The notes beneath the pieces are model-generated. The model saw nothing but the letters and a program-made list of their open reading frames with translations, had not been told where the DNA came from and made no database searches. The translations under genes were made by a program, and so were the position numbers. A DNA stretch of 64,000 nucleotides, taken from IMG/VR virus record IMGVR_UViG_3300023106_000010, positions 22,911 through 86,910 of that record; one strand, 5' to 3'. This document shows positions 46,523 to 55,680 of this stretch, in pieces; position 1 is the stretch's first letter; every line of letters begins with the position of its first letter. The stretch is from a virus.

Positions 46523-47213
46523 AATTACAAATAACAAAGGCCAAGAAGGTATTGGTAATCCTTGGTATTCTTCTCGGATTGGCGAGAAGTTTGATGTTGA
46601 AGAAGTTGTTGACGAAGATCGCTTTAGAGAAGGTTGGTATTGGGTGGTTGTTCCTAAGAAAGATAACTTCACTCACTACATTCAAGGTCGTGATTGTGTA
46701 GCTGTATCTTGGGGAATTGACGCAGCATGGGACAAGCCTTCGGAGGATTGGTTTGATTCTTGTAAACCTGTGAGCAATGTTTGGATTGAGAATAAAGACT
46801 TTGTACAACCTGTCGCAGATGATGTTCTTGTAGACGTAAAGTTGGACGGAGTTTATGATGCATATTACAATGGGACTTCCGCTGGTGTATGGATGTGGAA
46901 AAAACTTGAACATGAATGTGTGACACATTGGCGTCTGCATAAAGAAGAGAAATCTTTAGAAGACGCATGGGACGAACCTGATAGCATCCCTTGGACAGAA
47001 GCGGTCACATGTCACAAAGGTGAACAAATCCTTGCTGGCGACTATTACAAGTATCCGGATACGCCTAAGAAAATCATTTATCCAAAGAAGAAATCTGTAG
47101 AGCAAATTACAGCAGACTCTTACAATCAAGTAGCTGGTACAAGTTTGTCAGAACAAATGGTTGTGGATATTGTGCGACTTGTAGAAGCTCTGAAAAACAT
47201 GGAGAAAGTATGA
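46512..47213 (+). CDS. Hypothetical protein
   Basis: 233 aa, SD AGGAG; Trp-rich, VTHWR motif. Confidence 0.7.
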   Translation: MKVEITNNKGQEGIGNPWYSSRIGEKFDVEEVVDEDRFREGWYWVVVPKKDNFTHYIQGRDCVAVSWGIDAAWDKPSEDWFDSCKPVSNVWIENKDFVQPVADDVLVDVKLDGVYDAYYNGTSAGVWMWKKLEHECVTHWRLHKEEKSLEDAWDEPDSIPWTEAVTCHKGEQILAGDYYKYPDTPKKIIYPKKKSVEQITADSYNQVAGTSLSEQMVVDIVRLVEALKNMEKV

Positions 47214-47545
47214 AAATTGAATTCGGAAATTCTAATGCTGCAAATAAGTTTGTTGAGCAAATTAAGAAAGATGGTATGAAGGTGTCTATAGCTGGAGAAG
47301 AATATTTTGTGAATTATATAGAACTTCAGTTTCAACAACCCTTTATCAGTGTAGTTCTACATCTACATCATAATCTTAAACGTGTATATCCAACTTGGGA
47401 ACATGGTGAAACAATTTTGAAAGACTTGCGTCAACGTAATAGCAGCCTGTTGAAGTTTACTGAGAAAGCTATTGCTCTGTATGTGTCCAGTGGTGATGCT
47501 GAGAAGTATCTTGCTAAGTACAATCGTGATGGCACTGAAAAGTAG
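47210..47545 (+). CDS. Hypothetical protein
   Basis: ATGA-coupled. Confidence 0.65.
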   Translation: MKIEFGNSNAANKFVEQIKKDGMKVSIAGEEYFVNYIELQFQQPFISVVLHLHHNLKRVYPTWEHGETILKDLRQRNSSLLKFTEKAIALYVSSGDAEKYLAKYNRDGTEK

Positions 47546-47693
47546 CTTTTCAAAATCAAACTTATTTCCTGAGGCGGTCGAAAACTTCAGGAACTTTTTA
47601 GTCTCTTTTAGCAGCTATTTTTGATTGTCCCTAATTACAAATAGCTCTCATAACACCTAATAGTTTCTCATTCACAACTTTTAAGGAATTGCT

Positions 47694-48047
47694 ATGGCTT
47701 TCGCAACATCGATTATTCTCGCCTATCTCGTGTCTACTGCGCCTATTGTTCATCTACGTTTCATTGACAAGATGGCTTCTGTAGAAAACTGTTCTGCTGT
47801 CATTGAAGCTGTCAAACGTCAAGAAATTCTTGAGCCAGAGGATGAGCAGATTCACACTCGTCTACGATGCTTGGCTGTGTCGCTCAAGATAGACCAAGAC
47901 GACGATGGCCCTAGCAAACCTGTAGCTGTTCCTCCTACAACTCTTAACAGCCCTGTGACAGGATATCCTTGCAGGAAAGCTCTCACAGGTTTGCTAACTC
48001 CCTGCAAAGAGGCTTCCTATTCGGAACAACCCTTACATACACAATAG
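47694..48047 (+). CDS. Hypothetical protein with hydrophobic N-terminus
   Basis: SD AAGGA; followed by a terminator. Confidence 0.6.
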   Translation: MAFATSIILAYLVSTAPIVHLRFIDKMASVENCSAVIEAVKRQEILEPEDEQIHTRLRCLAVSLKIDQDDDGPSKPVAVPPTTLNSPVTGYPCRKALTGLLTPCKEASYSEQPLHTQ

Positions 48048-48052
48048 CACAC

Positions 48053-48077
48053 AGCCCGCTTGAGCGGGCTTTCTTTT
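48053..48077 (+). terminator. Intrinsic terminator
   Basis: AGCCCGC-TTGA-GCGGGCT-TTCTTTT. Confidence 0.85.
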
Positions 48078-48157
48078 GCGTGAAAGAATCTTAATTTCTT
48101 CAAAGATACTTAGCTCAAACTTTCTTTGAAAAGTCCAGAATTATTTTGATAAAACGC

Positions 48158-48186
48158 TTGACTGTCGTTTTGTTATCGTGCATACT
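48158..48186 (+). promoter_or_regulatory. Sigma70-type promoter
   Basis: TTGACT-17-CATACT. Confidence 0.6.
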
Positions 48187-48254
48187 TCTTCACATGGACA
48201 GAAATACAAGTGTCCAAATAACCTAAACCTCGTTATTAATTATTGGAGAATCCC

Positions 48255-48725
48255 ATGAACGCACAAGCTTACGAAACCACTGTCAACTCTGGCCCGGTCC
48301 CTGTTATTGCACGTAAAGACTCCGCAGGCAATGCTGTCATCTTCATTCAGTCTGAGTTGGATATGTCAAAAGAGGGCGGTGAGATTGCTGTTTGGCACAA
48401 CGGGGTAGAGACTCGCAAAGTTCCTCTTTCCTACTACCACAGTAGCACTAAACTGGAGCATGATAAAGAGCTAGAAGTGTTGAACAAATTTGCGACCGAA
48501 TTTAAACCGACCTTCGGGGTTGCAGTGAAACGTAGGCTCGGGAAGGATTTGTCAAAACATCGCACTGTAGTGCAAGATGATGAACCTAAAAGTGCTAACA
48601 ACACGCTTCGCCGGTCTAGTGACAAACCTGTTTTCTCGTTTAATCAAGAAGAGTATCGTGCAAAGATGCAGATCGCGATTCAGGCTGCAATTGCTGCGGT
48701 AGATGCTGAATATAACTCAAAGTAA
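48255..48725 (+). CDS. Hypothetical protein
   Basis: SD GGAG before ATG 48255. Confidence 0.7.
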   Translation: MNAQAYETTVNSGPVPVIARKDSAGNAVIFIQSELDMSKEGGEIAVWHNGVETRKVPLSYYHSSTKLEHDKELEVLNKFATEFKPTFGVAVKRRLGKDLSKHRTVVQDDEPKSANNTLRRSSDKPVFSFNQEEYRAKMQIAIQAAIAAVDAEYNSK

Positions 48726-48836
48726 ACGATCTGTTGTAAAATAGCCTCAAAGAAATAAAGCTCTTGCCTTCTCTCCATGGAACGCCGATAATTCTTAAAA
48801 GGATGTCGGCGTTTATTATTTATTCTGGAGACAAGA

Positions 48837-49220
48837 GTGAGCTTACGTAAAATCATAAGATTTGAAACGGCAGTTGATGCTAAAGGTATGTACCACGATG
48901 GCGAAGCGCCCTGTACAAACGATATGCAGGAAAGTATGCGTCACCCTATGCCTAGAGATGATAGCAAGCTCTCAGACGCATTAGATGCTCACGAAAACCC
49001 AACTATGTCTGATTGGTACTTTGGCTTCGGTAGCAAGAAGCAAGCGCGCTTCTGGATTTATAAAGCTGTGTGGTTGCGTCAACTGCATGCTGCTGGGATT
49101 GTAGTGAGCGAGTACCAATGCCTTCGCGAGCATACGATTGTAGGTGATACTCAAGCTATTTTCCTAAGCCACGAAAGTAAACAATCTTTTTCGATATTAG
49201 ACTACTTCAATTTGAAATAA
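48837..49220 (+). CDS. Conserved-type hypothetical phage protein
   Basis: SD GGAG; R.E....G.Y, HP.P..D, FGF.S..Q...W pattern. Confidence 0.65.
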   Translation: MSLRKIIRFETAVDAKGMYHDGEAPCTNDMQESMRHPMPRDDSKLSDALDAHENPTMSDWYFGFGSKKQARFWIYKAVWLRQLHAAGIVVSEYQCLREHTIVGDTQAIFLSHESKQSFSILDYFNLK

Positions 49221-49533
49221 TGTGTTACTATTAAGCTTCCTCCCAAACAACGAGCGAAGCCTAATGTCTACTCCATTCACATCCCTCTACCTAATCAACT
49301 ACACCCTCGTCAATCCCACAGAGACACGAGTAAGCTATACCAAAGCAGACAATGCAATCCGTGCCTTACACACGCTCCAACAGACTCTTGATCTTCGCAC
49401 GCTCCATAGAGTGGAAAGTGTCTCCGTGAGCCTCTACGACTCATCTAGCAACAGCTTTGTCCCATTGGACTTGGACCTAATTTGCAAGTCGTGGGTGGAA
49501 TGGATTCAGGTATACAAAAGTTGAAGAAACTTG

Positions 49534-49562
49534 TTGACAGTTGTCAGAACTGAGAGCATCAT
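49534..49562 (+). promoter_or_regulatory. Sigma70-type promoter
   Basis: TTGACA-17-CATCAT, spacer box TTGTCAGAA. Confidence 0.65.
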
Positions 49563-49592
49563 AGACCTACATTAACGAAACGGAGAAATAAA

Positions 49593-49934
49593 ATGGACAA
49601 CCGAATCATCCCAAGCTTCATCCAAGAGCTACTCGAAGCAGACATTCCTGTATCGCTCACCAAAGACAGCTTCATCGTAGACGGTTTCTATAAGAGTGGC
49701 ACTGTAGAAATCAAATGCCGAAACGAAGCTGATTGGTATGCTGTAGCTCGGTATCAAGAGAAAACGGATATTGAAGATATTCAAGACCTAGTTGCTTTGA
49801 ATTATTATTGGTGGCAGAGTGGAAAGGAACGCTACGAAGGCTGGAATCAACCTAATAGCCGCTGGCTCCCTCTCTTGGTGCAATACGGCTATGTCACTGC
49901 TAAAGTGATCCCTGAACAAACTATTTACGAATAA
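49593..49934 (+). CDS. Hypothetical protein
   Basis: SD GGAG; GFYKSG motif. Confidence 0.75.
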   Translation: MDNRIIPSFIQELLEADIPVSLTKDSFIVDGFYKSGTVEIKCRNEADWYAVARYQEKTDIEDIQDLVALNYYWWQSGKERYEGWNQPNSRWLPLLVQYGYVTAKVIPEQTIYE

Positions 49935-49945
49935 GGAGAAATAAA

Positions 49946-50533
49946 ATGCCAACAGGATACACCGCAGCAATCAAAGATGGAATCACTTTTAAAGAATATG
50001 CTCTGTCTTGTGCACGAGCTTTTGGAGCGTTAGTATCAATGCGTGATGAGCCATCTAACGCAACAATACCCGATTCTTTCGAGATATCCTCTTACTACCA
50101 GACAGCTTACGACGATGCTCGCAAAGCTCTTGATGATCTCTCTGCACTCGAATACGAAGAAGTTGCTACAAAGTATGAAGCTTACTATACGAAGTCTGTA
50201 GCAGATTATGAAGCCATTAAGCTTAACAAGCAAGATTTGGAAGTAAAGTATCTTCGCATGTTGGCAGATGTAAAAGAGTATGCTGTACCGTCTGACGAAC
50301 ACAAAGAGTTTAAGAAGTTCATGATTGACCAAATCGTGCAAAGCATTGATTGGGATTGTGACATGAAATATTATGATATTCCTAAACGTGTCGAACCACT
50401 TGATTGGTGGTCTGAGCAAATGCTTTACTTGAAGCGTGCTGTAGAAAATCGTAGCAATAGTTTGGACGAAGAAATTGAACGCGTCAACAAACGTAATCTC
50501 TGGATCAAACAACTTAAGGAGTCTTTGAAATGA
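49946..50533 (+). CDS. Conserved hypothetical phage protein (MPTGYT...CARAFGA family)
   Basis: SD AAGGAG; recognisable N-terminal motif; coiled coil. Confidence 0.8.
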   Translation: MPTGYTAAIKDGITFKEYALSCARAFGALVSMRDEPSNATIPDSFEISSYYQTAYDDARKALDDLSALEYEEVATKYEAYYTKSVADYEAIKLNKQDLEVKYLRMLADVKEYAVPSDEHKEFKKFMIDQIVQSIDWDCDMKYYDIPKRVEPLDWWSEQMLYLKRAVENRSNSLDEEIERVNKRNLWIKQLKESLK

Positions 50534-50661
50534 GCAACGACAAAGCACTCTCCCTCTACTCTGGTCGCAATGTGCCAGAGTCTTTGGCAGCAATTAACGC
50601 CCAGATCAATCTTGCACAGATGCCTCTTGTATTATATTTTCAACAAAAGACACTACGCTAG
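50530..50661 (+). pseudogene. Truncated homolog of 51909..52073, cut by the inverted nuclease cassette
   Basis: MSNDKALSLYSGRNVPESLAAINA aligns with MTTNKALELFQGRDVPQHLAESNA; similarity ends at about 50605, where the nuclease gene's 3' end begins. Confidence 0.6.
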
Positions 50662-51601
50662 GATAATTCTCAATTAATGTGGCTTCTGTGATGAAGCCCT
50701 TAACTTCTTGAGGGGTTACGATAAAATTAGCTTTTATTTTTCGTTCGATCTTACTTGCAAGCCAAGGGCTTATATCATTAAAAGTTTTATAGTTTTGAAT
50801 TACAAACTGCCTCTTTTTAAGATTCATTTTGTGGTGTTTCAGTCTTGTAGTCAAGTCTCGTGTTATTCCATAACCAGTAAAACTGCCTGTATCAGAGGTT
50901 ACTTCCAGAACATAAATAATAAAATTAGCGTCCTTAGGGATTGTTTTGGTTTTCCTACAACTGCAAGGCAGATAACCTTGGAGCATATTTTGTCTACAAC
51001 CTTCAAATATCTCTTGGGGATTACTTGTAGAGCATCTTGGGCAAATGTACCTCCAAGAATCTTTACCTTTGACCTCTTTTTCACACTTCCAAAACAATGT
51101 ATCTTCATGGAACAATCCTGTTGCCATTAGCTTATTAGCTACAAATTCATCATTATCTTTCTTTCTCGGTACAACTTGTAAGCTGCACATTTGGCAACCA
51201 CCTCGCTTATCCATGAATGTTTTTATTGTCGATGTCCATTCGTGGTTATCCCTTCTACATCTTAGGAAGATCTTGTCGTCATCAATTCTGGTAATTTCTA
51301 CATTCATTTTTGCCGCTTTTCTGTGACACAAAACAATTTTCTGTTCTTTTGACCATTTACCCATTTTAGTGCAGCCACACGGCAATTTACCTTTCATGAG
51401 AGATGATTTCTCTGCTAGAAATTTGCCATCCCCAAACAGTTCAGAATCATTCTTACAAGTATGGCAAATAATAGTGTACACCTTAGCCCAAGCACGTTTC
51501 TCACCAAACCAACCTAAAACCTCAACTTGGCCTTCTTTACCAAAACGTTTTCCAACAAATTCATCTAGTTCTGCAAAATATGGTTGTACTTTACCGTTCA
51601 T
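50606..51601 (-). CDS. Homing endonuclease-like protein (Cys-rich repeats plus GIY-YIG-like C-terminus), antisense to its neighbours
   Basis: CHTC...PCGC, CRRD.H.W...GGCQMC, CPRC...PCSC; IYVLEV....GYGITR....RL..H. Confidence 0.75.
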   Translation of the reverse strand: MNGKVQPYFAELDEFVGKRFGKEGQVEVLGWFGEKRAWAKVYTIICHTCKNDSELFGDGKFLAEKSSLMKGKLPCGCTKMGKWSKEQKIVLCHRKAAKMNVEITRIDDDKIFLRCRRDNHEWTSTIKTFMDKRGGCQMCSLQVVPRKKDNDEFVANKLMATGLFHEDTLFWKCEKEVKGKDSWRYICPRCSTSNPQEIFEGCRQNMLQGYLPCSCRKTKTIPKDANFIIYVLEVTSDTGSFTGYGITRDLTTRLKHHKMNLKKRQFVIQNYKTFNDISPWLASKIERKIKANFIVTPQEVKGFITEATLIENYPSVVSFVENIIQEASVQD

Positions 51602-51813
51602 TCTCCAAATCCTTTACAATCATTTTTAAGCTGCTCTAGTTGGAGCATTACCCGTTGTTGTTTCAACACCATACGAGCTTTATCAATTCGTTCAACAACA
51701 TAAAAATTCCCCTTGCTTTTGTGGTAGCGCTTTGCTACACTTACTGAAGCTGAGGAAGACGAAGCGATGTGTTGTAGAAGTTCAACATCACTAGAAGTTA
51801 CGTAATTAAACAT
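51598..51813 (-). CDS. Small basic helical protein coupled to nuclease (homolog of 28748..28936)
   Basis: MFNY..S...SASVS...YHKSKG...VERI.KAR; SD AAGGA; ATGA overlap with the nuclease. Confidence 0.75.
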   Translation of the reverse strand: MFNYVTSSDVELLQHIASSSSASVSVAKRYHKSKGNFYVVERIDKARMVLKQQRVMLQLEQLKNDCKGFGE

Positions 51814-51845
51814 TGTGCTTATCCTTACAGTTGTGGTAAGCTTAT

Positions 51846-51873
51846 ATTGTAACACGGAAATGTTACCTGTCAA
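51846..51873 (-). promoter_or_regulatory. Sigma70 promoter for the inverted cassette
   Basis: TTGACA-16-TACAAT. Confidence 0.75.
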
Positions 51874-51875
51874 TA

Positions 51876-51891
51876 CTGTGTATTTATACAG
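51876..51891. promoter_or_regulatory. LexA (SOS) box
   Basis: (TA)CTGT-GTATTTAT-ACAG, 2 nt upstream of the -35. Confidence 0.8.
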
Positions 51892-51908
51892 TTATTTAGG
51901 AGAGAGAA

Positions 51909-52073
51909 ATGACTACTAACAAAGCTTTAGAACTTTTCCAAGGGCGTGACGTACCTCAACACCTTGCGGAATCGAATGCAGCAAAGCTCATCAATGCCTT
52001 GCACTACCTCGGAGACCGTTACATCCTCGCAAAGCCTGTAAAGCGCCTTAAACTGAAGAAACGGAGCTATTGA
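51909..52073 (+). CDS. 54-aa basic protein (not in ORF track)
   Basis: SD AGGAG; MTTNKALELFQGRDVPQHLAESNAAKLINALHYLGDRYILAKPVKRLKLKKRSY. Confidence 0.7.
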   Translation: MTTNKALELFQGRDVPQHLAESNAAKLINALHYLGDRYILAKPVKRLKLKKRSY

Positions 52074-52074
52074 T

Positions 52075-55000
52075 ATGGCAACCTACACTCTCACCACATC
52101 TCCCACGTATGACGCCAAAGGTAAGGCCGTGGGAGCGTATTACACTGTGCTACGCGATGGCATGATTATTAACACTTACACTAGCAAAGAGGAAGCTACT
52201 CAGATTGTCGAGGCGCTTACTGAAATGGAAGCTCTTAAGAAAGTTAAGAAATGAATACGTTCCAGTCTGGTGACACTTGTGGAGAGTATGTGAGCCAGTG
52301 TAACGATAAGTTTGAATATCCGGAGGATTACTAACATGAACCAATTCCTATTCACCAAAGAACTACTGGAATCTTGTACCGTAGAACTGTCCGAGAAATA
52401 CAACATCGTATATGCTTACGAAGACAATGGAATCTACCTCACCGTATGCAAGCTTGAGGGCGGCGTAGCTACTATTGTTGTGCAAGACATTATTCCTTGG
52501 CCTAGCAAGGATGCTTTTGAGATTACTCAGAAAGATTAAGATGACACGCTTACAACTTCTCTTCCTAGCCTTGCTGCTAGATGCTGCATGTTGGAGTGCA
52601 TTGGGATGGATTGTTTATAAGGGTTTGGTATGAGCGCACCTAGAGCAACCATCCCACCACCTATACCTCCTCTCAAGAGCGACTTGAAGCTTAAACTGGC
52701 AACACAAGCTATCAACAAACTGAAGAATGGTGGCTACGAAGATGGTAAGAACATTGCTGTCGTGCTGGAGTATATTATGGAGAAATTGAAATGACAAAAT
52801 TCCAAGAAGGTGACAAAGTAATGTGCACAGACACTCGTAATGATGCAAATCATTTGCAGTGGAACAAAGTTTACAAAGTGTCATGGTGCAGTGAACATTA
52901 CGTTCGGCTCAGCATGAGTATGATGCGTGTCGGAGGTGGCTTGCAAGCGACGATGTTTTCTGTGGATAGATTTGAGAAGGTTCTTGACAATTCTTAGAAC
53001 TACTGTAGAATGTAATTCATAGCAGCACAACACACAGGAGAACGAAATGCGCGAAGGCAGCAAACTCATCGTAGCAAATGGTAGCGGAAGCTTCACGTGC
53101 ATTTTTCTCTCTTGGATTGGTGCTACAGATAAGATGAATTGTCTGTCTCGATTTGGTGGGCAGATCGTTGTTGACCAGAAAGATGTGTTAGAATTCTTCG
53201 TATAACTTAAAAGGAAATAAAATGACTCCAACTATGATTGTAGAACTTATTGCAGCAGCTTACGCACTGTACATGGGCTGGAAATTGCGCATCACTAATG
53301 GTGGATACTTTGATACGTTCATCTTTAAGATGTCCCCAATCGGATTGAGCTTTGCGCTTGTGCTCAATGCTTTTAAAGTTTTCTGACTAAATATGAACAT
53401 CAAGAAGGTTTTGGAACTCTCATTAGCATCCATCAAGAACAGTCAGCGTAATTTCATCTGCGTGGCTATCAAGCAACATTGTGATGGTGATGAGATTCTT
53501 GAACAGAAGTGTGTTAAGATTATGGAGAAATATAAACCTAAAGGCAAGAATGACTTGTACGTAGGTTGGTGGAGCTTCTTTGACAGGAAGAGTCGTATTG
53601 AAGCACTTGAGAAAGCTATTGGAGAATTGAAATGAAACTTAAAGACCATAAAATTGCGGCGTTGAAACATGCTCGCAAGCTTATTTCTAATGAACAAGCA
53701 GAATACGTCTGTATTGCTCTGACTAACTACGCCGTTATTAAAGAGAATGCTGTTGCATCAGAAGCAGTAGAATATCTTCACCACTACATAGGTAAACAGC
53801 TTAATGGTGAGGGTGCACTTGATTATTGGCTCTTTTCGAATAAAACTCTTGACACTATTGAAGATGTTCAAAGCTGTTGGTTTCATGGCAAGGGGAGTAA
53901 GAAGATTCGCCAAACTCGACTCAATTGGATTGATTGGATGCTTGAGTGCTATGAAGGAAAGAAATAATGTTCAAATCAATCGATGACACTAACGAGAAGC
54001 TGGAAGGCTTCAAATACGCTAACAAGCACCACGAAGAAGAGTTTGTTGTGATGGAACATGATGATGGTATTGTGACGATTCAAATGTCAGGTGATTCTGC
54101 CGCTATTTTCGTAGAGGACATCCCGAAGCTTGTGAAAGCTTTGCTTGCAGCGGAAGACTATATGCGTCATAATGGAGGGAGTTGATATGTTCTGCTGGCA
54201 TAAATGGAGTAAGTGGACTGTCCCTGTTGCATATCGTGCAGTTGGAGGCTACATTGGATGGTGGCAAACCAAAGAATGTTCTAAATGTGGTAAAGTTAAA
54301 CGGAGGACTTTTGAATGAAACACATTCAAACGGAGAGCAGAATGTTATCTTTCAACATCAACAATTACGCCACTGTCACATTGACAGAATTTGGTGCAGA
54401 AATTTACAATAAACGTTATGATGATATGAAGCAATATGTTCCAACAGACTACATTTTTAGTAATGTAGATGTCAAAGCTGGATATGTTCTCAAAGCACAA
54501 CTGTGGAGCTTGTTCCAAGATTTTGGTCCTTACATTAGTCTTGGTCGGGAGAATCCATTTGAGGGGTGTATTATGATGTTTGATGAGGAGGATTTTGAAT
54601 GAGCGCCGCATTCGTAGCAATCAACAGTGCCAACAACTCCATTGCCGCATCCAATGCAGCACGTGCACGAGCGAAATACCTAGCCGACTGTCAATTTGTC
54701 ATGGATCATGGCGAGAGCACTGCAAGCAACACAGTAGCTGAGAAACAAGCTTATGCTGAATGTGTTAGTGCAATTTATCCGCCAGCTACAATGGATGTTC
54801 ATTCAGGTAAGGCTGTTGTAGCTGCCTTCTTGATTGCTGCATTGATTGGGGCTATTGTGGGATGGTTCCGCTCTGATTATGAGCGATTTGAAAGTGCTTG
54901 TTTGGGCGCTCTTGGTGGAATGGCTCTGCTGATGGTTGGTGCAATTATTATTGTTGCTATTGCTTTTGTGTTCTCTTGAAGGCATTATGAATAAATACAT

Positions 55001-55172
55001 TTCAGGTACAATCACTTGTCTTTCTACATTTGGTCTGACATTCTTTCTATCACATTTCATGTGGCAACTACTTTTCTACAAGACGTTCAGCGTAGATTAT
55101 TTCATGTTTAGTGTGCTCAGCATGGGTGGAATGGTTGTGGGATTGAATTACTTAACGGGAGAATGGGAGTGA
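52075..55172 (+). other. Run of small early-type hypothetical genes (e.g. 52075..52254, 52336..52539, 52791..52997, 53393..53635, 53632..53967, 53967..54185, 54315..54602, 54599..54979 membrane)
   Basis: Dense packing with SD motifs and ATGA overlaps. Confidence 0.65.
52984..53011 (+). promoter_or_regulatory. Sigma70-type promoter
   Basis: TTGACA-16-TAGAAT, spacer box TTCTTAGAA. Confidence 0.7.
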
Positions 55173-55340
55173 GATACTACTACGAACGAGAAGATTTGAC
55201 AGATGTTTATTACATCATTGACCGTTACTCAGACACCCATATTTGTGATTGCTTCTTTTTAGGTCAAGTGAAATTTGTTGTCAAGGCTTTGAATGAATTT
55301 GAGGAGCGGAGGGTGAATGGCACTAACTTTTAGTTAGCTC

Positions 55341-55368
55341 TTGACAACGTGCAAATGTATGATATAAT
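55341..55368 (+). promoter_or_regulatory. Sigma70 promoter
   Basis: TTGACA-16-TATAAT. Confidence 0.75.
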
Positions 55369-55398
55369 ATATGTACAATTGATAGAAAGGTGTTAATT

Positions 55399-55614
55399 AT
55401 GGCAGTTGATAAGTCTCGTGCTAAGCTGCTACGCGAGCAAGGATTGACGTTCAAAGAGATTGCCTTGGAGCTTGGTTGCTCTGAGGCTTATTTGCGTACA
55501 ATCATGCGAGGTGTGGCTAAGGGTGTGCGCTATCAGGAGTTTTCCGTAGAGGATGATCTGAGGCGTATTAGCAAGGAACTTGCTGGAGTTGTGAAGCGAC
55601 TAGAGCAAGAATAG
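55399..55614 (+). CDS. Helix-turn-helix DNA-binding protein
   Basis: LREQGLTFKEIALELGCSEAYLR; own promoter and terminator. Confidence 0.8.
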   Translation: MAVDKSRAKLLREQGLTFKEIALELGCSEAYLRTIMRGVAKGVRYQEFSVEDDLRRISKELAGVVKRLEQE

Positions 55615-55641
55615 ATATAAGAGTAGTTACATTTTGATTAT

Positions 55642-55665
55642 GACCCACCATGAGTGGGTCTTTTT
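55642..55665 (+). terminator. Intrinsic terminator
   Basis: GACCCAC-CATGA-GTGGGTC-TTTTT. Confidence 0.8.
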
Positions 55666-55680
55666 ACGTTTGGAGGTTTT

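Noticed and set aside
47546-48160. AT-rich gaps around 47.6 and 48.1 kb as genome termini or origin
   Set aside because: No iterons or terminal repeat are visible within the window; read-coverage data would be needed
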